Source: an uncultured delta proteobacterium (lineage in GTDB: Bacteria > Desulfobacterota > Syntrophia > Syntrophales > UBA2185). From it: a DNA stretch of 64,000 nt. The stretch's first letter is position 1; the number at the start of each line of letters is the position of its first letter. The stretch is taken from positions 1 through 64,000 of the forward strand of contig CAVOID010000012.1 of the NCBI GenBank assembly GCA_963695875.1, read 5' to 3'. The notes below the pieces were generated by a model, which saw nothing but the letters and a program-made list of their open reading frames with translations, was not told the origin of the DNA and made no database searches. Of the stretch, positions 1 to 10,032 are shown in pieces. Both the position numbers and the translations under genes were made by a program.

Positions 1-30
1 AACTCTCTGTAAAATCATCTAGTTATATAT

Positions 31-47
31 TTGGCATCAAGCTTGCT
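31..47 (+). promoter_or_regulatory. sigma54 (RpoN) -24/-12 promoter
   Basis: TTGGCATCAAGCTTGCT has GG and GC separated by exactly 10 nt and matches the TGGCAC-N5-TTGC consensus at all but one position; ~85 bp upstream of the ATG at 131. Confidence 0.75.
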
Positions 48-130
48 AAACTTTCGGCAGGGTAAGATACTATTCATTCATAATGAACTTGCCTAAAATC
101 TAAATACACTTTTCCTAAAGGAGGGCAGAC

Positions 131-2012
131 ATGTATAGAAGGATGGGTTGTATTATTTTTGCATTTTTTTCACTGTTTCTCGCATTAATCCATATGGTGG
201 ATATCGGTGTGATTGGGGAAGCCTTCAGCGCCAATCCTCCTACAGTTTCGATTTCTGCGAATCCTATCTCTGTCGCCCCCAATAGATCCAGTACCCTGAC
301 TTGGAGTTCTACCAATGCCACATCGTGCTCCATCGATCAGGGGATAGGCACAGTCGCCGCCAGCGGGACAAAGAAGGTAACCGTTCCCGCGACGACAACG
401 TACACAATTACTGCAATCGGTTCCGGAGGTACAGCCACAGCAAGTGTTACAGTTACCATGGCTTCCCGGCCCAAACTCACTTTTTCTGCAAATCCTTTAT
501 ACATCCAGCCTGGCCAGTCGAGTACCCTCACATGGAGCACGACCAACGCTACTTCCTGCTTCGCTGATTGGATCGGTAGAACAGTTGCCACCAGCGGGAC
601 AGCGCTAGTTACACCCGCCAAGACGGGCCCATATACGATCACGGCTACTGGTCCCGGGGGTCAAGTCGCGGCCAGCGTTACGGTTACGGTGGTTAACCCA
701 TCGGTTACACTTTCGGCAAATCCCGCTACCATCAACCTCGGTGACGAAACTATGCTGAGCTGGAGTTCGGCCAAAAGCAATACGTGCGTGATTGACCAGG
801 GCGTCGGTTATGTTGATCCTACGGGGTCAATAACGGTTTCACCCACACAGACTACTGCATACACAATTAGATCAACAGACCCTCTTGGTGAGACAGCTAT
901 GGCTACGGCTACAGTTACAGTCATTCCTCCGCCTACGATTACTATCTCTGCCAATCCTACCTCGATCGCCGCAGGTCAAGCGAGCACCCTGACATGGAGC
1001 ACTACCAATGCCACGACATGTTCCATTGACCAGGGGATCGGTACTGTTCCACAGGCGGGACGCGATCGGTTTCACGACGAGCCCCCACGCAGACGACGAC
1101 ATACACCATTACAGCCACGGGGCCTTCAGGCATGACCACGGCTGCCGTGACGGTTATGGTAAACACCGTGAGCAAGATCGATATAACAATAACATCGCCT
1201 GCAGACGGAACTTCCGTAACGGGATCGAGCGTTATGGTGGAAGGGACGGTAAACAACTCCTTTGGCAATGAGACGGGGGTTACGGTAAACAAGATGTATA
1301 TTGCGTCATTATCCAACAATGCGTTTGCTGTGAACCGTGTACCGCTCATAGAGGGTGCGAATACGATAACCGTGATCGCCAGTCGATACGATGGGAACAA
1401 CGGCAACAAAGTCCATAACGGTGAATGCAGCCAAAGCAGGCGAATTATATCCGTATCACTGCTCATCCGGAATCGAGTATGGCGCCCATGGAAGTGACTT
1501 TGCGGATAAACGGCTCCTTCAGCATTGCCAACCCGGCAATTACACCGACAGGACCCGGCACGGTGGAGCAGTTGACGAGCGACAACCCTGATGAATACAA
1601 ATACAGGATAACCACTGAAGGGATATATTATTTTACTGCTCAGGTCACCGGTCCTGACAATAATGTATATCAGGATACCGTGGCGGTTACCGTACTTTCG
1701 ACACAAGTTGATGCGCTGCTTAGAGGCAAGTGGGAAGGCATGAAGACTGCCTTGAGCAATCAAGATATTAACGGTGCGATACTTAATTTTGCTTCTGATA
1801 CTCAAAGTAGCTATAGCAAATTATTTACCGGTTTGAAGTCTGTCCTTGCAAGCTATGCAGCCGAATTATATGCGACCCAGGTTAATTTGATATCTATAGA
1901 AAATAATAAGGCAACCTATAAGATTCTAGTTACGAGAGATGGCACAGCGTTTTCTTTTTACCTCCTGTTTATTCAGGATTACAATGGAATCTGGAAGATA
2001 TGGAAGTATTAG
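131..2012 (+). CDS. Secreted Ig/PKD-like repeat protein with a C-terminal NTF2-like domain (frameshifted; ORFs 131-1135, 1132-1497 and 1425-2012 form one gene)
   Basis: Hydrophobic N-terminus; four ~76-aa repeats (SANP...STLTWSxTNATSCxIDQGIGTV...YTITA); a bacterial Ig-like segment (ITITSPADG...EGANTITV); C-terminal KWEGMKTAL...GIWKI. The repeat pattern continues across the frame switches. Confidence 0.75.
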
Positions 2013-2026
2013 TGGAGGGAAGGATT

Positions 2027-2288
2027 ATGAAAGTCATGATTGTCGCACCTGTTGTAGTATTAATATTAGCATTACCTTTGTGCTGCCTCGACCATTTTCA
2101 TGATTTGCTCACCAAGAAGGGGTTTGATAAATGGCTAGTCAGTTAGTTTCTTCAGGTGCTTGGTTTAAGTTCCAATGCCGTCTCTTGATTGGGCGCTCAT
2201 GCCGCATCGCACACAGGGCATGGACGGCAACTACTCCTGGAATGATGTGCGGCATTATTACTATCAAGCCCTTACTGCAGATGTCTAG
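2027..2288 (+). pseudogene. Degraded fragment of a Zn-dependent PLC-like gene, paralogous to 2900-5276
   Basis: 2187-2288 translates DWALMPHRTQGMDGNYSWNDVRHYYYQALTADV*, matching DWALMPISIQGMDGNYSWKDVRYDYYLAL at 3281-3370. It is preceded by an RBS, an ATG at 2027, a signal-like stretch and HFHDLL (compare HFYNPL). Confidence 0.75.
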
Positions 2289-2308
2289 AATATCAAGGAG
2301 GCCTGATT

Positions 2309-2903
2309 ATGAAGAAGCTCATCATATATTTTATCGCGGCGGTGGTTCTGATTTTCCGTCTCCGCCTGCGGGCGCTGGTTTATATTCTATCACAAGCCGG
2401 AGTATCGTGGGAGAGTTATCGACGCAGAAACGAAGGCGCCGATAGAGGGGGCTGTGGTGGTAGTTATGTATTATAAACAATTTATCATGGGCGTAGCTGA
2501 AAGCGGGAAAGTAAGTATTATGAAGGTAAAGGAAACCTTGACGGACAGCAAAGGTGAATTTTACTTCCCTTCTGATACTGGCTTAATGCCTTTCTTTTCA
2601 ACGGAATTATTTTCTGCGTTTATAATTTATAAGCCGGGCTATGTGAGTAGCTCGGGGCCAAGTGGTTCATTCAGTAGAGTGCTGATTGAGAAATTCTTTT
2701 CCATCGATGTGATCGGGAAAGAGGGTGAGATACGAGATGGGTACGATTCCTGGAAAGGCCCCCTGGGGATTGTGGAGCTGACGAAAGGTGATGGAATGAG
2801 TCCATCGCCACCAGCCGATTATCGATCAAAGGCGTTACCTCTTTTGTTTAAAGCCATTAATGAAGACCGTAAAAGACGTGGATTGGAGGAAGATGTAAAA
2901 TGA
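2309..2903 (+). CDS. Lipoprotein with a carboxypeptidase-regulatory-like beta-sandwich (one frameshift near 2352)
   Basis: AAGGAGG RBS; MKKLIIYFIAAVVLI, then after a frame switch FSVSAC (lipobox) GRW...YRGRVIDAETKAPIEGAVVVV, which runs into ORF 2454-2903. Confidence 0.7.
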
Positions 2904-5276
2904 AGAAAGACCGGATAGAGAATATTTTCAAGATGTTCATGATAATGATGCCAGTGTTGTTAATCATTTTTACATCCCATAGCTGGGCCTACAAAGGGGA
3001 TACCCATAAGGCGATAAACCAGTACATTTCTGACAAAAATTCAACTTTAAACGGCTTCTCCCTGCACACCTATCTACAAACCCAGCTGGGGATACAGAAA
3101 GGTGTAGAAACCTCTTTTAACAACAAACAGATTTTCGAGTGGATAAGAGACGGTGGCGATTCCGAAGATAATTCTTGGCGCTTCCTCAACCATTTTTATA
3201 ATCCGCTCACGCGTCCCGACAGTGGTCTTAATGTATTTTTCTGGCAATGGAACGTGTGGCAGACCGGAAAACCAGCCATCGACTGGGCGCTGATGCCCAT
3301 CAGCATACAGGGCATGGACGGCAACTACTCCTGGAAGGATGTGCGGTATGACTACTACTTGGCCCTCATCAACCATCAAGGTATGCGTGAGTTTTACTAT
3401 GGGGAGACATTCAGGGGGCTGGGACAGCTCATGCACCTGGTGGAGGATATGTCGGTGCCCGCGCATACCCGCAATGACTGGCATCCTATAAATGAGAGTT
3501 ATGAAAGCTGGGCGCTGAATTATGTGACCTCTCCAGCACATCGTTTCTCACTATTCCCCTTTCTTCTTTCAGCCCAGTGATTCTGTAACCGTCAGCAATC
3601 TCTTCGACAGCAACCAGTACACGGGGTCCAACCCCGACGTAACCTATCAAGCCAATATAGGTCTTTCCGAATTTACGAATGCAAATTATTTCAGCGACGG
3701 TACAATTGATTCTGCAGCATTCCCCTCGCCAAAAAATGACCTTACTCAAACAGTTACAATTGGCGGAATGCCATACTACATTAAAGAATGCAGCAACTGC
3801 GCTGATACAAATGCCAGCAGAGCAGGCAGACCCGGATATTACTTACTCTCCACCGTCGATTACTCAAACGTGTGGGGAGCATACAGTTATGACCAACCCA
3901 TCTTTCCGATCTTAGACAATTATGTATGTGGTGATTATGCCCGATTTCTCATGCCCCGCGCCGTGGGCTATTCATCCCAGTTGTTGAACTATTTCTTCCG
4001 GGGCAAGATGAAAGTGAAGGTCCTGCCTGTCTTCAATTCTGACGGGAAACTCAAACAGGCTTATGTCAAAATTAGAAACATCACTCCTACTAAAGAAACA
4101 ATGGATGGTCCAAATAAAAGTTATTTCGTACTTTCCTATCGCTACACGCCAACCGGTGCGCCGTCTGACGGTTCAGGTGATAAATGGATCACGTCTAATG
4201 GTATCTATTTGCCGAAGGCGCTCCCATACGGACTAGACGCATCAGGGAATGATCTTGAGGGAGACAATTACGAAGTTCTAATTATTTTTGATAACCTTGA
4301 TCAGCTTTCCGATCCGATTCCAAGGGAATGCTATGAAAGCGTAAAATATATTCTTACGTACATGGGTGACCTCGGGGATGAGAACATGGTTATTGCAGGA
4401 GGCTACATCACTAAAATGGGCACTGTAATCGGCAAATATATTCCTGCTAAACAGGTTTTATTTGATGAAGAGTGGATCATATCTCCCAAGGGAGATAACC
4501 TTGTCTGGTCCATGAGTAACGACAGGTCGGGCAACATGGCGGATTCGACGTTTTGCAATTCTTTTTATTGCTCATATTTTGCACCCGGTAAGGAAGGCAG
4601 GTTTTTCTATTGTGGTGATAGCTCCTGCAATAATCCCTGTTTTGATAGCGCAGGACAGGCGACAGACAGCGTTGACCTTGCGAATGGGGGTAGCCTCATT
4701 ATGAACAATATAAGATATGTATTCCCTAACTGTAATCCGTCATCGCAGGATAGTCCTGCTCATTGTAATACATCATTGATCGGCTACAATGCTTCAGGTT
4801 ACAACTATCAAGAGGGCAGGGACATCCTATCGGGTAATATATACAACCCATGGAACAGCAGCGCGAACAAATACATTTTCCCCATTGACATTACAAAAGA
4901 CACGTATATTCAGATCAGCTTAGACGAGATGTCCATTAGCCCGACTCCTCCAGAATCAAATTACGGGCTTGCTTACCAGGTAGTAGAGTTTTATTTTAAT
5001 CACGGTTACGTATTACAATACTCCTGGGGTGACCAGGGCATTCATAATTCTAATCCCTATGCCGGTTATTTCTTACTTGATCTTGGTTATATAAACGTGG
5101 ACAATATCTACGACTTGTTCGAGCAGTATGGCCTCCCCCCACCCCCCCAGGACCTTAAGCTAAACTACATACAAATAAGTCAGCAGACACTTTGGAATCT
5201 GCCCTGTGACACTCAATATATACAGAAAATAGCGGTTGATCTCATCCGCGTTGGAGAGATGACGCCTACATATTAA
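2900..5276 (+). CDS. Secreted Zn-dependent phospholipase C / S1-P1 nuclease-fold protein with a long C-terminal extension (frameshift near 3540-3580)
   Basis: Signal peptide ending SWA, then YKGDTH, DSED, NHFYNP, HLVEDMSVPAH and H..E.YE metal-ligand-like motifs. Another frame reads NLFDSNQYTG...GLSEFTNANYFS directly into ORF 3768-5276. Confidence 0.7.
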
Positions 5277-5450
5277 CGGTCAGCGTGTTAGGCATGTCAT
5301 GCTGAGTTTGTTACGACAGCCAGTATTTGTTTTTCTGGGGATTCCAGTTGTTCAGAAGGAATGTGCGGAACAGAACATAATAACTTTTATTAAGGAAGAT
5401 TAAACAGACCGATTACAGTTATGGCAGCAATACAAGACAAGGAGTTAACG

Positions 5451-6215
5451 ATGAAGAAACTTGCATTATGTTTAATGTTAGCAGTCGCGAGCCTATCCGT
5501 GGCCATTTTTCCTGCCACGGCAGCGCCCATTATTGTTCCCGGTTATGGAGAGACCGGCTGGCAAACGTACTCGCATGAATTTACCAGTGACTGGCGAGGA
5601 ACGTTTGGTATTGGTGTCAGTAATTATGGTGATATGGAAATGGATTCAAAGTTACTTGTTGGCAATCTGAATATCGGTCCGCCAGGAAATACAAGATTTG
5701 AAACAGGCGATTTCACTGGTTACACGGTATATGGGGATAGCAATGCCGTTATCAGTCAGGCAATCTCATATAATGGTAGCATATACATGCCAACCAAAGG
5801 TTCTTACATGGCCAGCATTCTTTCTTCTTATTATTACGATGACACAGGCGGATGGACTGATTACATAGATACAAGTGAGTGGGGCGGTACAAACGGCGCT
5901 TACATCACTTTCCCGCTGGATGTGGCAGGGGGAACGATGTTGACTTTTCACTGGGCCTTCCTGGCAGGCGATGAATATCCCAATGCTGATTTTGCCTTCG
6001 TGTTCGGCCAACCAAAATGCGGGGGACCAGCTCCAACGTCATGCGAGACGTTCTTGGGCGCCCGACCGATGCTATCGAGTAGTGGTGACTGTCCGGAGCA
6101 GTATTTTGAAAAGATCGCCGAGATCGGGGAAGCAGTATCTGTACCCGAACCAGCTACCGTTATGCTTCTTGTTTGTAGCTTGATCGGTCTCGTAGGTCTC
6201 AGGAAAAAAATATAA
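5451..6215 (+). CDS. PEP-CTERM sorting-domain surface protein
   Basis: AAGGAG RBS, signal peptide MKKLALCLMLAVASL..., and C-terminal VPEPATVMLLVCSLIGLVGLRKKI (PEP + TM + basic tail). Confidence 0.9.
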   Translation: MKKLALCLMLAVASLSVAIFPATAAPIIVPGYGETGWQTYSHEFTSDWRGTFGIGVSNYGDMEMDSKLLVGNLNIGPPGNTRFETGDFTGYTVYGDSNAVISQAISYNGSIYMPTKGSYMASILSSYYYDDTGGWTDYIDTSEWGGTNGAYITFPLDVAGGTMLTFHWAFLAGDEYPNADFAFVFGQPKCGGPAPTSCETFLGARPMLSSSGDCPEQYFEKIAEIGEAVSVPEPATVMLLVCSLIGLVGLRKKI

Positions 6216-6435
6216 AGGCTTTCCAGCAGCCCTTACAGTTCCTATAAGGGGCCAATGGACCGCAGAATGTCTTCATACAGTTTTTATGGTACAGGGGATA
6301 GAATCTTGTCATTTTTTTCAAAATTAAAGGCTTTCCAGCAGCCCTTAGAGTTCCTATAAGGGCTCCCAATAGGCCGCAAAACGTCTTCGTACAGTTATTT
6401 TATGGTATTAGGGGATAATCTTGTTTTTTTTTAAA
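6213..6435. repeat. Two diverged tandem copies of a ~112-bp non-coding unit
   Basis: Copies start at 6213 and 6325, both beginning TAAAGGCTTTCCAGCAGCCCTTA(C/G)AGTTCCTATAAGGG. Confidence 0.9.
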
Positions 6436-6487
6436 GATCATTCCTGTCCACCGGTATATTAAGACTTTTAAATACTAAATAGTTTAA

Positions 6488-6634
6488 TGCGAGGAACTTA
6501 TACGACCAAAGCAATCTCAGGAATCATTAAAAAAAGAGATTGCCACGCTCCCTATGGTCGCTCGCAATGACAAATGGGGGATTACGACACAATCTATGGT
6601 CGAAATGACAGTGCGGAAGTTTTTCAAAGCTCTC
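6488..6634. repeat. REP/MITE-like palindromic element, copy A (apparently nested)
   Basis: TGCGAG...GCAATCTC...GAGATTGCCACG...CTCGCAATGACA, followed by a second GAAATGACA and the end TTTTTCAAAGCTCTC. Confidence 0.75.
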
Positions 6635-6637
6635 ATA

Positions 6638-8539
6638 TCAAGAGCGAAATTGAGCCGGATTGGTATGGGGGAGAAACAGGGCAGCAGTGTATTGATCCAT
6701 ATATGCCGGAGTCGTAGATAGTTCCAGATAGGTCATCCGCCGGGCCTGCTCGCGCTGTCTTTCTCTATGTTTCTCTGATACCAGGACCATATGGCTCCCC
6801 GTGAGAGAAGCATTACCGATAAAATGAAACCGGTCCCGCGGCAGATTAGGAAGGAGGCCGATTGTTATAGCTGCTTCCAGATCCAGAAACCGGCCAAACC
6901 CACCGGCGATATAGACCTTCCTGAGATCGTGAAATTCCATACCCACCTGTGTCAGCATGAGCGCGCATGCGGCATACAGCGCCGCCTTTGCACGTATGAT
7001 GTTTTCTATATCCTGCTCGTCGATGATAATCGCGCGCCCGGTGGCGCTTTCCTTTGCAGAGACCAAGGTATAGGCAGCCTGACGGCCATCGATTTGAATG
7101 GCTTCTGACGGTTGGGAGCGGTTCAATTTACCGGCAGCGTCAATCCAGCCGGTTTGCAGAAGTTGCGCAAGTAGCGAAATCATGCCGGAGCCGCAGACGC
7201 CCCGTGGTCTTTCCTGGCCGATGGTTTGGCAGGTCGCCAGTCCTGTTGCTTGATCAACCTCCACTTTTTCGATAGCCCCGGCAGCGGCTCTCATGCCGCA
7301 CTTGATCCCACCACCTTCAAAGGCCGGTCCGGCAGAGCAGGCGCAGGTCAGAAGAAATTCCCGGTTGCCTATCACCACTTCGCCGTTGGTGCCGATATCC
7401 ATGAAGAGGCAGACATCATCGCTATTGTTGCATAGATCGGTGCAGAGGATGCCCGCGGTGATATCCCCGCCCACATAGCTTCCCACGGCCGGTGAAATCA
7501 TGACAGGCGCTGGTGGATTGATATCGATGCCGACATCCGCTGCTGTGAAGAAAGGCACATCGAGGACCGTCGGTGTATACGGATCAAGCCTGATGTATTC
7601 GGGGTTCAGACCCAGGAGCAAATGGATCATCGTCGTGTTGCCGGAAATAGACAGCGCAGGCGATTTCAAAAGGTTCCACCTGGTCGTTGTGCGCCGACTG
7701 GTGAATGAGACGGTTGATCGTCCGGAGCACACGGCTGCGGAGTTCTTCCCGGCGATCCAGCCTCCGGGCATAGTCTATACGGCTGATAACATCGAGACCG
7801 CAGGCGAGTTGGCCGTTGTAATCGGTACAGGTGGAGAGAATCTTCATATCGGACAGATCAACGAGCTGTACGGCTACGGTGGTCGTGCCAACATCAACGG
7901 CAATCCCGTAGTGCCTGCCGGTCCTATCTCCTGCCTCAATAGCGGTAACACGGTATGTCCTGCTCTCACCGAAGCGGACTTTCCATAAAAACCGTGACGG
8001 TTACATTGCCGTCCGCGGCCCGCAGGGCATCGGTAACCTGACGGATAACAGCTAGCGGAAAAATAATATCTTCTTTACCAAGCCTACTGTTGTAGCGTGC
8101 GTGTAAGACGATCCAGGTCCGACAGGCCGTCGGCCTTTTGCGGGGGCGGTACATGAATGTATATCTTTTCGGTAAGCGGCCGGTGGTCCTCGGAAGAAGG
8201 CAGCAACGCCGGATCGACAAGCGCCATACCATCGTCGTCGCTGAACTGGCCGCCGAAACGGCTGGCCTGATCGGGCACTTCAATAACAACATCCGAATCC
8301 CGGATAGACGAAAGGCAGGTTGGGACAAAGCCCTGGTCGATTTCCGCCTGAGTCAAAACGCCGAGGCTTTCGCAGGCAACCTGGCCGGAGACAATGCGCA
8401 CGGTGCAGTTGCCGCAGGTACCCTTGCCGCCGCAGGGGGCGTCGATCTCTACACCAGCCCGCCGCGCCGCGTCCAGCAGCGTTGTCTTCGCTTGTACCTC
8501 GAGAGTGATCCCCGATGGTTGAAAAGTTATAAAAGGCAT
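6638..8539 (-). CDS. acsV: Reductive activator of corrinoid proteins (RACo/AcsV; 2Fe-2S + ASKHA, DUF4445), frameshifted
   Basis: N-terminal CGGKGTCGNC..C ferredoxin; SYVGGDI, DIGTNGE, CSAGPAFEG and AGGFG motifs; adjacent to acsC. Confidence 0.88.
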
Positions 8540-8556
8540 GGCTCCAGATTTCCCTT

Positions 8557-8629
8557 TGTCATTCCGAGAAGCGTGAGTGACGAGGAATCCTCAATGACAC
8601 CAGATTTCTCGCTTGCGCTCGAAATAACA
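8557..8629. repeat. REP-like palindromic element, copy B
   Basis: TGTCATTCCGAG...CGAGGAATC...GATTTCTCG...CTCGAAATAACA inverted-repeat pair. Confidence 0.7.
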
Positions 8630-8650
8630 CCTTTAAACGAACTCGATTTT

Positions 8651-10002
8651 CTATGATTTTGCCTTTTGCATTTTCACAAAGCTTTCGATATCCGCGGCTT
8701 CCTGGGGGCCGACCAGCACCTTCCAGCCGGGCAGGTTCTCCTCCAGCTCGCCGCTGATCTGGGCGACGTAGCCGGGAATGACGATCTCGCGCGTGGACAC
8801 CTGGTTTTCCAGGCCGATCTCCTTGACGAATTTGGCGATGGAGGCGCCGGAGAACTTGCCCGCCGCCCAGGCGGTGAGCACGCTCATGCCCTCGCATTCC
8901 GGCACCACCAGCCAGGCGCTGATGCCGCTGTTCTCGATTTCGCCGGAGACGATGAAATAGGTGAGGGAGAAATTGGTGGTCACGAAAACCGGCGAATCCG
9001 GCCGGGGCTCGCCGATGGGATAGACCTTCGGCTCCACCTGGATGGGCTTCTGCGGGTCGGTGTAGATGTTGAGCCGCAGGGTCATGAGCGAGGCCATCAG
9101 CGCGGGATCGAAGGCGGGCAGCACGCAGATGCCGCCGTACTTGGTGATCTCCGTGACGCTCCAGCGGCTATCTCCAGCAGATCAGCACCGTGGTCTAGAA
9201 AGCGCAGGAAGGGATACCCGAGCGGCTTGACAGCGTCTTTGAGGGCGGCGCGGCGGACGGCTGGAGTTGGTCTGGAACTGCTCGGCCAGGGACGACGTCT
9301 GAAACTGGAGCAGGAGATCGTGGAAGCCCGCCTCCCGGAGCTTCGACGGCGCACCGGAACAGGCCGTCCAGGTCGGGGGCGGTCACGGCCAGGGCATGGT
9401 CGTTTTCCTTCGCCGACGAGGCACAGCTCATCCACCGCTTCCGGCGTAGCGGCAGCAGAGGACGCTGCGGGAGCCTTTGACAGCCGCGGCGGCGGCCTTC
9501 AACGCCGTGGGGCTCGCGCTGCGCAGGACCAGCGGGCGTCCGGTTGTTTCCCATGCTCTTTTTGGCAAGTGCGGCGAAAACTGTCCGCGTCCGCGCCCTT
9601 CTGGGTGACGCCACCATGTCGATGCCGAAGCGTTTCGCCGACGCGCTCCAGCCGGTAATCGCGGACTGCCCTGAGCGTTTCTTCGATCATGCCGGGCGGA
9701 TCGGTATCATTGATATTGACGGCCAGGGCGGTCTGGTGGACGAAGGTCTTTTCATGCCGGTAGAGGACAGTTTCCTCGCCCAGCTTGAGCGCCCTGTCCG
9801 GTCCCAGCGCGATGCCCCGGACCGGCGGCTCGCTCGCCGCGCCGAGGACACGCTTGGCCTCTTCGGAGGCATAGGGGCATTCGGCGAGCTCGGCCTTTTT
9901 TGCCGCCAGCTTCATGGCAAAGGCCAGGCAGGTGTTGGAGCCGCATTCCTTGCAGTTGGTCTTGGGCAGCAGTTTCTGAATCTGCAAACCGGTCAGCGCC
10001 AT
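8651..10002 (-). CDS. acsC: Corrinoid iron-sulfur protein large subunit (CODH/ACS gamma), multiply frameshifted
   Basis: MALTGLQIQKLLPKTNCKECGSNTCLAFA; IYTDPQKP, TTNFSLTYF and SVLTAWAAGKF motifs. Confidence 0.93.
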
Positions 10003-10032
10003 AATCAAATCTCATTTCTGACTCTATTACCG

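Noticed and set aside
2131..2445. 104-aa ORF from the track
   Set aside because: Wrong-frame read across the PLC remnant and the start of the lipoprotein gene
5290..5305. sigma54 promoter for the PEP-CTERM gene (TAGGCATGTCATGC)
   Set aside because: GG-to-GC spacing is 8 nt rather than 10
6213..6435. CRISPR array, or a Cys-rich peptide (MTRFYPLYHKNC...) in the tandem repeat
   Set aside because: Only two units, similar along their whole length with no unique spacers; no cas genes; the reading frame is not conserved between copies
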